Origin: an uncultured Chitinophagaceae bacterium
Lineage (GTDB): Bacteria; Planctomycetota; Planctomycetia; Pirellulales; UBA1268
Assembly (NCBI GenBank): GCA_964600785.1
Contig: CAZRKH010000005.1
Coordinates: 4,317 to 68,316, forward strand
Direction of reading: 5' to 3'
DNA: 64,000 bases
The first letter of the stretch is position 1. Every line of letters begins with the position of its first letter. The notes under the pieces were generated by a model. That model saw only the letters and a program-made list of their open reading frames with translations, did not search any database and was not told the DNA's origin. The translations under genes were made by a program, and so were the position numbers. Positions 53,353 to 64,000 of the stretch are shown in pieces.

Positions 53353-54027
53353 GTGCTTTCGACGACCTACTCCCGATCTCGGCCGCATCCTTGGCATGGC
53401 CTCTCCGTCGGTCCCGAGCCGCCAAGCGTGGTGAGCGTGTTTGTCGAGATCACGCCGTTTGACCTCGTGAAATACGAGGTCGACAAGCACACCGGCTATC
53501 TCCGTGTCGACCGGGCACAGAAGACCAGCTCGTTGCCGCCGGCGATCTACGGCTTCATCCCGCAGACGCTCGCCGGCGGCGAGGTGGCCACGATGATGCC
53601 GGAGGCCCGCAGGGGCGACCTCGACCCGCTCGACATCTGCGTGCTCGCCGAACGGCCGATCAACCGGGCCGAGGTGCTGCTGCAGGCTCGCGTGATCGGG
53701 GGTGTGCCGATGCTCGACCACGGCGAGGCCGACGACAAGATCGTGGCGGTCATGCTCCACGACCCGGTCTACGGCGGCTTCAGCGATATCGAGGAAGTGC
53801 CCGCGGTGCTCACCGACCGGCTGGTGCATTACTTCAGCACCTACAAGCTCACCCGGCCCGACGACGGCGGGGTGCGGGTCGGCGATCCCTACCAGCGGGC
53901 CCATGCCGAGGCTGTTGTCTCCGCCGCGATCCGTGACTATCAGGCCGCCTTCACCAGCAAGCAGGATTTGTCGCCGGTGCCGCCCGCGCCGGCAGACCGC
54001 CCGTCCGCTACTCCTCGAACAGTTTGA
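53353..54027 (+). CDS. ppa: Inorganic diphosphatase (family I)
   Basis: [35 protein letters not shown] and [15 protein letters not shown] start at 53353 is my best guess. Confidence 0.9.
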   Translation: MLSTTYSRSRPHPWHGLSVGPEPPSVVSVFVEITPFDLVKYEVDKHTGYLRVDRAQKTSSLPPAIYGFIPQTLAGGEVATMMPEARRGDLDPLDICVLAERPINRAEVLLQARVIGGVPMLDHGEADDKIVAVMLHDPVYGGFSDIEEVPAVLTDRLVHYFSTYKLTRPDDGGVRVGDPYQRAHAEAVVSAAIRDYQAAFTSKQDLSPVPPAPADRPSATPRTV

Positions 54028-56770
54028 GTTCGGCGGTGCCGCCGGGGATCATGAGATCGGCAAGCGGGGTGCCATCGGGCACCGGTGTGACACCGTCGCG
54101 ACGTGTCAGCTGAATCTTCGGCTGGGCCGCGAGATGGGCCTCGAGTTCTTTGGTGAGCTTCTTCTGGTCCTGCTCCGGCAGCTTCGTGAAGGTGCCCCGG
54201 CCGCGGCACTTGGGAAATGCCCCGCAGCCGAGCCAGGGTCCTCGCTTGCCTTCGCGGAGGTTCAGCGGCTCGCCGCATTTGTCGCAGGAAAGGTCGGTCA
54301 CAAGCGGGGGCGGAGCGGGAAACTTGATGTTGCCCTTCTTGTCGATGTTGACGATATAGGGCGGTGGCTCGTCAACACCGCCGCCGACCACCTTCTTTCC
54401 CTTGGACTTCGCCGGGCGGGGCTTGTCTTCAACGAGAAAGTCGCCGAAGCGGCCGGTCTTTTTGATCATCGGAATTCCCGCCGGAGAAAGCAGGTCGATC
54501 TGCTCGGGCAGTTGCGGCTTTCCTTCGCTGTCGACCTGTATCCCGTAGCTGCAGGCGGGCACCTCCTTGGGCTTCGCCTTCGAGGGCCGGCCGCTGGGCG
54601 TCGTGGCGGGAATCTTTTCGAGCACCTTCTCGTTGAAGCCGCTGCAGGAGAGGAAGCGGCCGTTCTTGCCGAGGCGGTATTCCAGTCGGCGGCCGCATTC
54701 GGGGCAGGCGTAGGGCGAGGGATCGGCCTTCGCCTTGACATGCTCTTCCTGCATCGCCGACTCGAGTTTCGGCTCGAGCTCATCGTGAAACTCGTGGAGC
54801 ATCTCGACCCACCCTTTGGTGCCCTGGGCGACCTGGTCGAGCTCCTGCTCGATCTCGCGGGTGTAGCCGATCTCGATGAACTGGTCGCGGAAGCCCCGCT
54901 TGAGGAAGTCGGTGACCGCCTCGCCGAGGGCCGTCGCGTAGAACCGCCGGTCCCGCTGCTCGACGTAGCCGCGGTTCTCGATGACGTTGATGATGCTGGC
55001 GTAGGTCGAAGGCCGGCCGATTCCCTCCTCCTCGAGTTTCTTGACCAGCGAGGCCTCGGAGTAACGCGGTGGGGGAGCCTGGAACTTCTGCCGGGCGTCG
55101 ATCTCGAAAGGGGCGAGCACCGCGTGCTTCTCGAACTCCGGCAGCACCTGCTCACCGTCGCCCTTGGGCACGCCGCTGATCCGCAGGCAGCCGTCGAACT
55201 TCAGCACGCGGCCGTTGGCCTTGAAGACCGCGCCGGTGTCACGGTCGCTCCGCCGCAGCCGCACCGTGGTCGAGTCCCACTGGGCGTCGGTCGCCTGGCA
55301 GGCCACAAAGCTCTCCCAGATCAGGCGGTAGAGCCGCGCCTGCTCGCTGGTCAGGGCGGCGGCCACGGCGTCGGGATCGCGGAAGGGATCGGTCGGGCGA
55401 ATCGCCTCGTGGGCCTCCTGGGCCGACTGGTTGGAGCTCGAATAATGACGGGGCTTTTCGGGCAGGTAGTCCTTGCCGAGCCGCTCTTCGAGGTAGCGGC
55501 GGGCGCCGGCGATCGCCTCGCCGGAGAGGTTGGTGGAATCGGTTCGCATGTAGGTGATCAGGCCCACACGGCCCTCGCCGGGCAGGTCGATGCCTTCGTA
55601 GAGCTGCTGGGCGATCCGCATTGTGCGATCGGTGCTCATGCCCAGACGGCTGCTGGCGGCCTGCTGCAGGGTGCTGGTGATCAGCGGCGGATAGGGCTTC
55701 GACTTGGTGCGGCTGACCTCGACCGATTCGACCGTGTAGCGGGCGGCAGGATCGGGCCGGCCGGTGATCGTGACCACGTTGCGTCCGCGGCCCTTGGCCT
55801 TTTCATCGACGCTCCGCACGACTTCCACATCGAGCAGCCCGGCCCCCTCGGCGGCGGCCACCGCGTCGTCTGCGAGGTCGGCCGAGGAATCATTTTCGGC
55901 CGCGATCTTCAGCGGCTGGCCGCCGAGTTCCACCATCTCGCAGGAGAGCGCATGCCGCTCGGCGAGCCAGGCCATCTGGTCCCGCTTCAACGGAGGACGG
56001 CCGCGTTCATCACGCTGGCCGATGAAGGCGGTCCAGTCGGCGTGGGCCGTGGCGGCCTCGGCGACACTGAAGGTCATCGCCGCCGAGAGATGCCACGACT
56101 CGGCCGGGGTGAACTCGCGGATCTCCTGTTCTCTTTCGGCCACGATTCGCAGGGCCACGCTCTGCACCCTCCCGGCGGAGAGGCGGCCTGCCACCTTCTT
56201 CCAGAGGATCGGCGAAACCCGATAGCCGACGATCCGATCGACGATGCGGCGGGCCTGCTGGGCCTCCACGCGGGGCATGTTGATCGCCCGGGGCGACTGG
56301 AAGGCCCGCTGCACCTCGGCCTTGGTGATCGCGTCGAAGGTGACTCGCTTGGCCCTCGCCGGATCGACGCCGAGAACCTCGGTCAGGTGCCAGGCGATCG
56401 CCTCCCCCTCGCGGTCGAGGTCGGTGGCGAACCAGATGTCGCTGGCATTCTTGGCGAGCCTGCGCAGTTCGGCGACGGTCTTGCTCTTGCCGTCGGAGAT
56501 CTCGTAGCAGGGGGCGAAGTCGTGCTCGAGATCGACGCCGGGCACCGGCTGCTTGGTGCCCTTGGGGGCCTTGGCGGGCAGGTCGCGGATGTGGCCCACC
56601 GAGGCGGTGACCACGAATCCGTTGCCGAGATACTTCTCGATCGTCTTGGCCTTCGCCGGGCTCTCCACGATCACCAGTTCGTAGTCACCCCTCGGCGGGG
56701 AAGTCATTGCCCGGGAGCGTTTGGCGGAACGCTTGGCGGTGCGACGGGATGTGGCGGCTTTCTTGGCCAT
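54008..56770 (-). CDS. topA: DNA topoisomerase I
   Basis: Start at [41 protein letters not shown], the active-site region [10 protein letters not shown], and C-terminal zinc ribbons (CPECGRRL...CSGF; CDKCGEPL...CGAFPKC). Confidence 0.95.
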   Translation of the reverse strand: MAKKAATSRRTAKRSAKRSRAMTSPPRGDYELVIVESPAKAKTIEKYLGNGFVVTASVGHIRDLPAKAPKGTKQPVPGVDLEHDFAPCYEISDGKSKTVAELRRLAKNASDIWFATDLDREGEAIAWHLTEVLGVDPARAKRVTFDAITKAEVQRAFQSPRAINMPRVEAQQARRIVDRIVGYRVSPILWKKVAGRLSAGRVQSVALRIVAEREQEIREFTPAESWHLSAAMTFSVAEAATAHADWTAFIGQRDERGRPPLKRDQMAWLAERHALSCEMVELGGQPLKIAAENDSSADLADDAVAAAEGAGLLDVEVVRSVDEKAKGRGRNVVTITGRPDPAARYTVESVEVSRTKSKPYPPLITSTLQQAASSRLGMSTDRTMRIAQQLYEGIDLPGEGRVGLITYMRTDSTNLSGEAIAGARRYLEERLGKDYLPEKPRHYSSSNQSAQEAHEAIRPTDPFRDPDAVAAALTSEQARLYRLIWESFVACQATDAQWDSTTVRLRRSDRDTGAVFKANGRVLKFDGCLRISGVPKGDGEQVLPEFEKHAVLAPFEIDARQKFQAPPPRYSEASLVKKLEEEGIGRPSTYASIINVIENRGYVEQRDRRFYATALGEAVTDFLKRGFRDQFIEIGYTREIEQELDQVAQGTKGWVEMLHEFHDELEPKLESAMQEEHVKAKADPSPYACPECGRRLEYRLGKNGRFLSCSGFNEKVLEKIPATTPSGRPSKAKPKEVPACSYGIQVDSEGKPQLPEQIDLLSPAGIPMIKKTGRFGDFLVEDKPRPAKSKGKKVVGGGVDEPPPYIVNIDKKGNIKFPAPPPLVTDLSCDKCGEPLNLREGKRGPWLGCGAFPKCRGRGTFTKLPEQDQKKLTKELEAHLAAQPKIQLTRRDGVTPVPDGTPLADLMIPGGTAELKLFEE

Positions 56771-56984
56771 AAAGAGCGAGGGCCCCTCGTGCGGCAACGG
56801 CCCGGGGGAGCCCTCAGCAGGGCAGCCCGGGCCGCGGTGGACGTGGCGGGGTGGCAGGGCGACGCCGACGAGGCAGCCGCCTTCCATCCCGGTCCATCAA
56901 AGCGGTACCCTGCCCCCTGCCGGCCTGTCAAGTTGGTCTCGAGCGGCCGCCGGGTCCCTACGCCTCCGGAAGAGAAATTCACCG

Positions 56985-57644
56985 ATGCCAAATTCAGATC
57001 CCGTTACCGACGCGTTGCTCGAGCAGAACAACCGCTATGCCGCCGGCGAGAGCATCCATGCCGCGGCGTTCCCGGGGAGCCAGCCGATTCGGCCGGCCAA
57101 GCGGGTGGCGGTGGTGGCCTGCATGGACGCCCGCATGGACGTCGAGGACCTGCTCGGCCTGCAGACCGGCGACGCCCACATCATCCGCAACGCCGGGGGC
57201 ATCGTGACCGACGACGTGATCCGCTGCCTCGTGATCTCCCACCACCTGCTTGACACCAACGAGATTGTTCTCCTGCACCACACCCGCTGCGGGATGCTCG
57301 GTTTCACCGACGAACTGCTCGCTGCCGGCCTCGAGGGCGACCCTGCCGCGGTCGCCGCCCTGGCCAAGGCAACGGGGCGATCCTTCACCCCCTGCCATGC
57401 AGCCTCCCCGAGCCCGGCTGCCTTCGGAGCCTTTCGCGGCAGTCCGGAACCGGTCGACGCACCGCCCACTCCCGAGAGCCGTGCCCGGCTGGCAGCCGAC
57501 GTGCGTCGTGGCCTCTCCGCAATCCGGCACCATCCCTGGATCCCCACCGCCGGGCCCGACGCCGTCACGATCCGCGGCTTTGTCTATGACGTCGACACCG
57601 GCAGGCTCGAGGAGGTGACCACCGAAGGCGAATCTCGAGCCTGA
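56985..57644 (+). CDS. Beta-class carbonic anhydrase
   Basis: The zinc ligands are in VACMDARMD (C-x-D-x-R) and LLHHTRCGM (H-x-x-C). The ATG at 56985 is preceded by GGAAGAGAA. Confidence 0.85.
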   Translation: MPNSDPVTDALLEQNNRYAAGESIHAAAFPGSQPIRPAKRVAVVACMDARMDVEDLLGLQTGDAHIIRNAGGIVTDDVIRCLVISHHLLDTNEIVLLHHTRCGMLGFTDELLAAGLEGDPAAVAALAKATGRSFTPCHAASPSPAAFGAFRGSPEPVDAPPTPESRARLAADVRRGLSAIRHHPWIPTAGPDAVTIRGFVYDVDTGRLEEVTTEGESRA

Positions 57645-57685
57645 AGCGGGCTGACGACCGAAGTGCTTGGCGGCTCTTTGCAGAC

Positions 57686-59212
57686 TCACTTCGCGGCAGC
57701 TGCGGTGTCGGCAAACGGCAGGGCGAAGGCCTCGTTGGGCTCGTGCTCGGTGTCGATGAAGGCGGCGAGCCTCGCGGCGACTTCCGGCTTCTCCGCGGCA
57801 ATGTCGACCTGCTCGGCCGGATCGGCGAGGAGGTCGTAGACCACCAGCGGGCCGGCCTCACGACCCCTGTTCTTCCCGCGGCGGATCGCCTTGAAGCGAC
57901 CGGCCACCGCTGCCTGCCAGCGGCCTTCGGTCAGTTCGCGATAGAGCGAGCGGTCGGCATCAGGCTCGTCCTCGCCGAGCAGCACGCTCGAGAGATCGAC
58001 CCCGTCGAGGCCCTTGGGCACCCGATCGGCCAGGCCGACCAGCGAGAGCAGGGTGGGCAGCCAGTCCTCGAATCCGTTGGGAGCCTCGATCACCCGGCCT
58101 GCGGCAATGCGACCCGGAAAGCGGATCACCGTGGGCACCCGCAGGCCGCCTTCGTAGGGTGAGCCCTTCCAGCCGCGTAGCGAGCCGTTGCTCTTCAGGC
58201 GGCCGGTGTCGATCCCGCCGCAGCCGGGAAAGGTCGCGCCGTTGTCGCTGGTGAATAGAACGATCGTGTTGTCGGCGAGGTCCTGTTTTTCCAGCAGTTC
58301 CATGATCCGGCCGAGATACCGATCCATGCGGGTGATCATCGCGGCGTAGGTCGCCAGCGGATGCTCGCAGGGCACGTAGCCGCCGCCGCCGCGATAGGGC
58401 TTGTCGTCGGAAAAGTGCTCGATGTAGCCGGGCAGCGACGGCTCGTCGGGCGGCACCTGCAGGGCCAGGTGGGGCACCGTGGTGGGCACGTAAAGAAAGA
58501 AGGGCTTCCCGTTTTTGGCATCCCCGGCAGCCTGCTCGAGGAAGGCCAGGGAGGCCTCGGCGATCACGTCGGCTGAGTAGGTGGTGCCGATGAAGGTGGC
58601 GAAGTCTGCAGGGCCCGCATCGGGCGGGAGTTTGCCGCCGCGCGGCACCGGCGGGTTGTCGAGCGGCATCCGTCGGTCGTCGTCCCAGAGGTAGTCAGGG
58701 TAGAAGGTGTGGGCGTGTCGCTGGCAGTTGTAGCCGAAGAAATGGTCGAAGCCGGAAGCGAGCGGATCGCTCACGCTGCCCGGGGCCCCCAGCCCCCACT
58801 TGCCAAAGCCTCCGGTGGCATAGCCCGCTTCGCCGAGCAGGCTCGCGAGGGTGACGGTGCCCTCGGGCATCGGATGCTGCCCCTCGGGCTTGACCTCGCG
58901 GTTGGAGCGAACGACGGCATGGCCTGGGTGCCGACCGGTCATCAGCACGCAGCGGCTCGGGGCACACACGGCGTTGCCGGCCCAGTGGCGTGCCAGACGG
59001 GTGCCGTCGGCAAAAAGCCGGTCAATCGAGGGCGTCTTGATGTCACGGCTGCCGAGAGCTGCGATGTCGCCCTCACCAAGATCGTCACAGAGAAAGACCA
59101 CGATGTTGGGCCGGATGTCGGGCTGCTCGGCGGCGGCCGCGACGCCTGCGACCCTCGCGGTGATCAGGAGCATGGGGAGCAGGAACGAAGCGGTCGATTG
59201 AAACCATCGCAT
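57686..59212 (-). CDS. Arylsulfatase-family protein, secreted
   Basis: Signal peptide, NIVVFLCDDLG, and the formylglycine motif CAPSRCVLMTGRHPGH (C-x-P-x-R). Confidence 0.9.
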   Translation of the reverse strand: MRWFQSTASFLLPMLLITARVAGVAAAAEQPDIRPNIVVFLCDDLGEGDIAALGSRDIKTPSIDRLFADGTRLARHWAGNAVCAPSRCVLMTGRHPGHAVVRSNREVKPEGQHPMPEGTVTLASLLGEAGYATGGFGKWGLGAPGSVSDPLASGFDHFFGYNCQRHAHTFYPDYLWDDDRRMPLDNPPVPRGGKLPPDAGPADFATFIGTTYSADVIAEASLAFLEQAAGDAKNGKPFFLYVPTTVPHLALQVPPDEPSLPGYIEHFSDDKPYRGGGGYVPCEHPLATYAAMITRMDRYLGRIMELLEKQDLADNTIVLFTSDNGATFPGCGGIDTGRLKSNGSLRGWKGSPYEGGLRVPTVIRFPGRIAAGRVIEAPNGFEDWLPTLLSLVGLADRVPKGLDGVDLSSVLLGEDEPDADRSLYRELTEGRWQAAVAGRFKAIRRGKNRGREAGPLVVYDLLADPAEQVDIAAEKPEVAARLAAFIDTEHEPNEAFALPFADTAAAAK

Positions 59213-59275
59213 CGCACTAGATCCTTTCTGAGGTCAGGAATCGGCGGTTGAGATTATCGCAATCCCCGGGGCTCG

Positions 59276-60847
59276 TCAGGCCCGCCGGGTGGTTGCCAGA
59301 AAAGCCTCGAAGGCGTCGGAGAGAGCCAGCCAGCTGGCCTCGATCACATTTTCACTCACGCCCACGGTGCCCCAGGTCCGCTCGCCGTCGCTGCTCTCAA
59401 TGAGCACGCGAACCCTCGCGGCGGTGCCCTCGTGACCGTTGATCACGCGGACCTTGTAGTCGAGCAGATGCATCCTCGCGACCTCGGGGAAATGCGGCTC
59501 GAGGGCCTTGCGGACCGCGGCATCCAGGGCATTGACCGGGCCGTCACCCTCCGCCACCTCATGGCGAATTGCCTCCCCGATTCGCAGCTTGACGGTCGCC
59601 TCGGTGCCGATGCTGCCGCAACGGCCATCGCGGCTCTCCACGCCCACATGGTAGCTGATCCGCTCGAAGGCCGGGCGGAAGCTGCCGGCAAGCCGCTCCA
59701 CGAGCAGGTCGAAGGAGGCACCGGCCGCCTCGAACTGCCAGCCTTCGTTCTCCAGCCGGCAGACTTCCGTGAGCACCCGCTCCTGCAGGCCACGGTCGGC
59801 CTTGATGTCGGGATGCTTCACGACCGCGGCGATGTTCGAGCGGCCGGAGAGTTCGCTCACGAGCACGCGGCGGGAGTTGCCCACCGCCTCGGGTGGGATG
59901 TGTTCATACGACTCTGCCGCCTTGGCCACCGCATGGACATGCATCCCGCCTTTGTGGGCGAAGGCGCTGCCGCCCACAAACGGCTGGCTGGGGCGATAGC
60001 TCATGTTGGCCGTCTCGTAGACAAACCGTGAGAGTTCGGTGAGATGCCTCGTGCCGCTGCCGTCGAGCAGTTCGTAGCCGGGCATTTTGAGGGCCAGGTT
60101 CGCGATCACCGAGATCAAATCGGCATTCCCGCACCGCTCACCGATCCCGTTGATCGTGCCCTGGGCCTGGATGCAGCCGGCGGCCACTGCGGCGAGTGTG
60201 TTGGCCGTGCCGAGATCGCAGTCGTTGTGGCAGTGGATGCCGAGCTTCGCGTCGACCGCAGCCGCCGCGAGGCCCACGATTTCCGTGATCTCGCCGGGGA
60301 GCGTGCCGCCGTTGGTGTCGCAAAGCACCAGCCGCGTGGCCCCGGCGGCAGCCGCGGCGCGGAGAGTGTCCGCGGCGTAGTCGGCGTCGAGCTTCCAGCC
60401 ATCGAAAAAATGCTCGGCGTCGTAAAAGACCTCGCGACCCTCGGCGGTGAGGAAGGCCACCGTGTCGGAGATCATCGCCAGGTTTTCCTCGCGAGAAACG
60501 CCAAGCACCTCGGCGACGTGGAAGGACGAGGTCTTGCCCACGATCGTGATCACCCCCGTGCCCGCCTCGAGCAGGGCGGCCATGCCGGGGTCATCGGCCG
60601 CGGCGATGCCGCGGCGGCGAGTCATCCCGAAGGCGGCCACCCGCGAATGGGCCAGTGGCAGATCGCGGAGATGGCGAAAATACTCGGCATCCTTGGGATT
60701 GGAGAGCGGGTATCCGCCCTCGATGAAGTCGACACCCGCCTCGTCGAGCCGGCGGGTGATCGCCAGCTTGTCAGCCAGCGAGAAATTCACGCCCTCGCCT
60801 TGGGATCCGTCACGGAGGGTGGTGTCGTAGATTTCGATGCGTTGCAT
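59276..60847 (-). CDS. cimA: Citramalate synthase (2-isopropylmalate synthase family, CimA type)
   Basis: IYDTTLRDGSQGEGVNFSL, HCHNDCDLGTANTLAAV and FAHKGGMHV. The 523-aa length with a C-terminal LeuA-dimer-like regulatory domain fits the CimA subfamily, from memory. Confidence 0.8.
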   Translation of the reverse strand: MQRIEIYDTTLRDGSQGEGVNFSLADKLAITRRLDEAGVDFIEGGYPLSNPKDAEYFRHLRDLPLAHSRVAAFGMTRRRGIAAADDPGMAALLEAGTGVITIVGKTSSFHVAEVLGVSREENLAMISDTVAFLTAEGREVFYDAEHFFDGWKLDADYAADTLRAAAAAGATRLVLCDTNGGTLPGEITEIVGLAAAAVDAKLGIHCHNDCDLGTANTLAAVAAGCIQAQGTINGIGERCGNADLISVIANLALKMPGYELLDGSGTRHLTELSRFVYETANMSYRPSQPFVGGSAFAHKGGMHVHAVAKAAESYEHIPPEAVGNSRRVLVSELSGRSNIAAVVKHPDIKADRGLQERVLTEVCRLENEGWQFEAAGASFDLLVERLAGSFRPAFERISYHVGVESRDGRCGSIGTEATVKLRIGEAIRHEVAEGDGPVNALDAAVRKALEPHFPEVARMHLLDYKVRVINGHEGTAARVRVLIESSDGERTWGTVGVSENVIEASWLALSDAFEAFLATTRRA

Positions 60848-60946
60848 GACGGAGGCGCGGGGACGGAGACTGACGATTCCCGTAGCCTAATCGGCCCGGG
60901 GGTGGCCCGCCGGGAATTCGCTCCCGTCCCCATTTTTTTGGGGGGG

Positions 60947-63742
<2,796 letters not shown>

Positions 63743-64000
63743 TGGCGGATTGCTCGCGGTCGGGGTCGGGGTCGGGAAGTCGGGACGGACGGCGCAACGG
63801 CGTCGAGAGCCTCTCGGCAAGGCTACCCCCCGAAAAGACGGCCGGCGGAGCCGGACGGGCCGGCGGCAGCGGCCCATCCTGCCGGTCGTGCGGGCGTTGC
63901 CGGTAGGGCAAGAATGAGGGGCCGCGGACGGGCCGGGCGGCTATTATTACGTGTCACCGGGAGGCTCGTCGGGCCTCCGCTGGTTCACCGCCCAGGAGCA

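Noticed and set aside
49537-53904. Full 1455-aa ORF as the valS gene, with 254 extra N-terminal codons
   Set aside because: The conserved ValRS N-terminus starts at MHELPKHFD (ATG 53142). The upstream 254 codons are low-complexity and lie antisense to the ppa gene and its promoter region.
53702-57253. 1183-aa ORF on the plus strand spanning ppa, the antisense of topA, and the carbonic anhydrase start
   Set aside because: The topoisomerase I signature on the opposite strand is unambiguous, and the long ORF is low-complexity (G/R/A/L/P). The same reasoning applies to 25486..27741 (antisense glgX), 50656..53166 (antisense valS), 39350..41104 (antisense groEL), 44684..46240 (antisense hom), 47056..49374 (antisense lysC) and 12309..13691.
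63743-64000. Possible structured RNA or leader at the window edge (hairpin GGAGGC-tcgtcg-GCCTCC near 63960..63978; GGTCGG x3 near 63759..63778)
   Set aside because: Too little sequence is visible before the window ends to assign anything. The GGTCGG triplet may just be the PTPTPT-coding part of the extended ftsK ORF.

Overview
This is a very GC-rich, densely coding bacterial chromosomal window with about 50 genes. I found no rRNA, tRNA, CRISPR array, IS element, integrase or prophage signal. Most of the content is housekeeping. It includes a complete chemotaxis cluster (cheB divergent from cheW-mcp-cheR-cheA-cheC-cheD-cheY, 2.3-10.4 kb) and a DEAD-box helicase. It also includes glycogen phosphorylase and debranching enzyme, purM, a DsbD-like reductase and a 924-aa zinc metalloprotease. 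A long minus-strand chaperone cluster (groEL-groES-groEL-dnaJ-grpE-fmdB-yacG) spans 37-43 kb. The remaining genes are an M42 peptidase, hom / apgM-like / aspartokinase, a HIT protein, valS, ppa, topA, a beta-carbonic anhydrase, a sulfatase, cimA and ftsK. The gene content (sulfatase, two groEL paralogs, large secreted protease, extended FtsK) is reminiscent of Planctomycetota, but that is inference only. Six loci deserve a second look. (1) A polar-amino-acid ABC importer operon ends in a divergent ADP-ribosylglycohydrolase-fold protein and a stand-alone OvoA-C-terminal-like methyltransferase; the methyltransferase's 5' end is a 5-copy 12-bp tandem repeat carrying five in-frame ATGs. (2) valS runs without any stop codon into a bifunctional-nuclease (DUF151-like) module that has its own Shine-Dalgarno sequence and ATG. 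(3) The unusual chaperone super-cluster has dnaJ-grpE-fmdB translationally coupled and contains no dnaK. (4) A hom / apgM-like / 4-ACT aspartokinase arrangement suggests a non-canonical homoserine kinase. (5) A His-rich lipoprotein is paired with a secreted partner. (6) A short-T-loop P-II-like protein sits next to a pseudo-receiver. I cannot point to a clear, self-contained novel system such as a defence island, and the candidates above are hypotheses. All function calls rest on motifs recognised by eye in the supplied translations. Start codons are my best choices and may be off by tens of bases. No similarity search or statistic was run.
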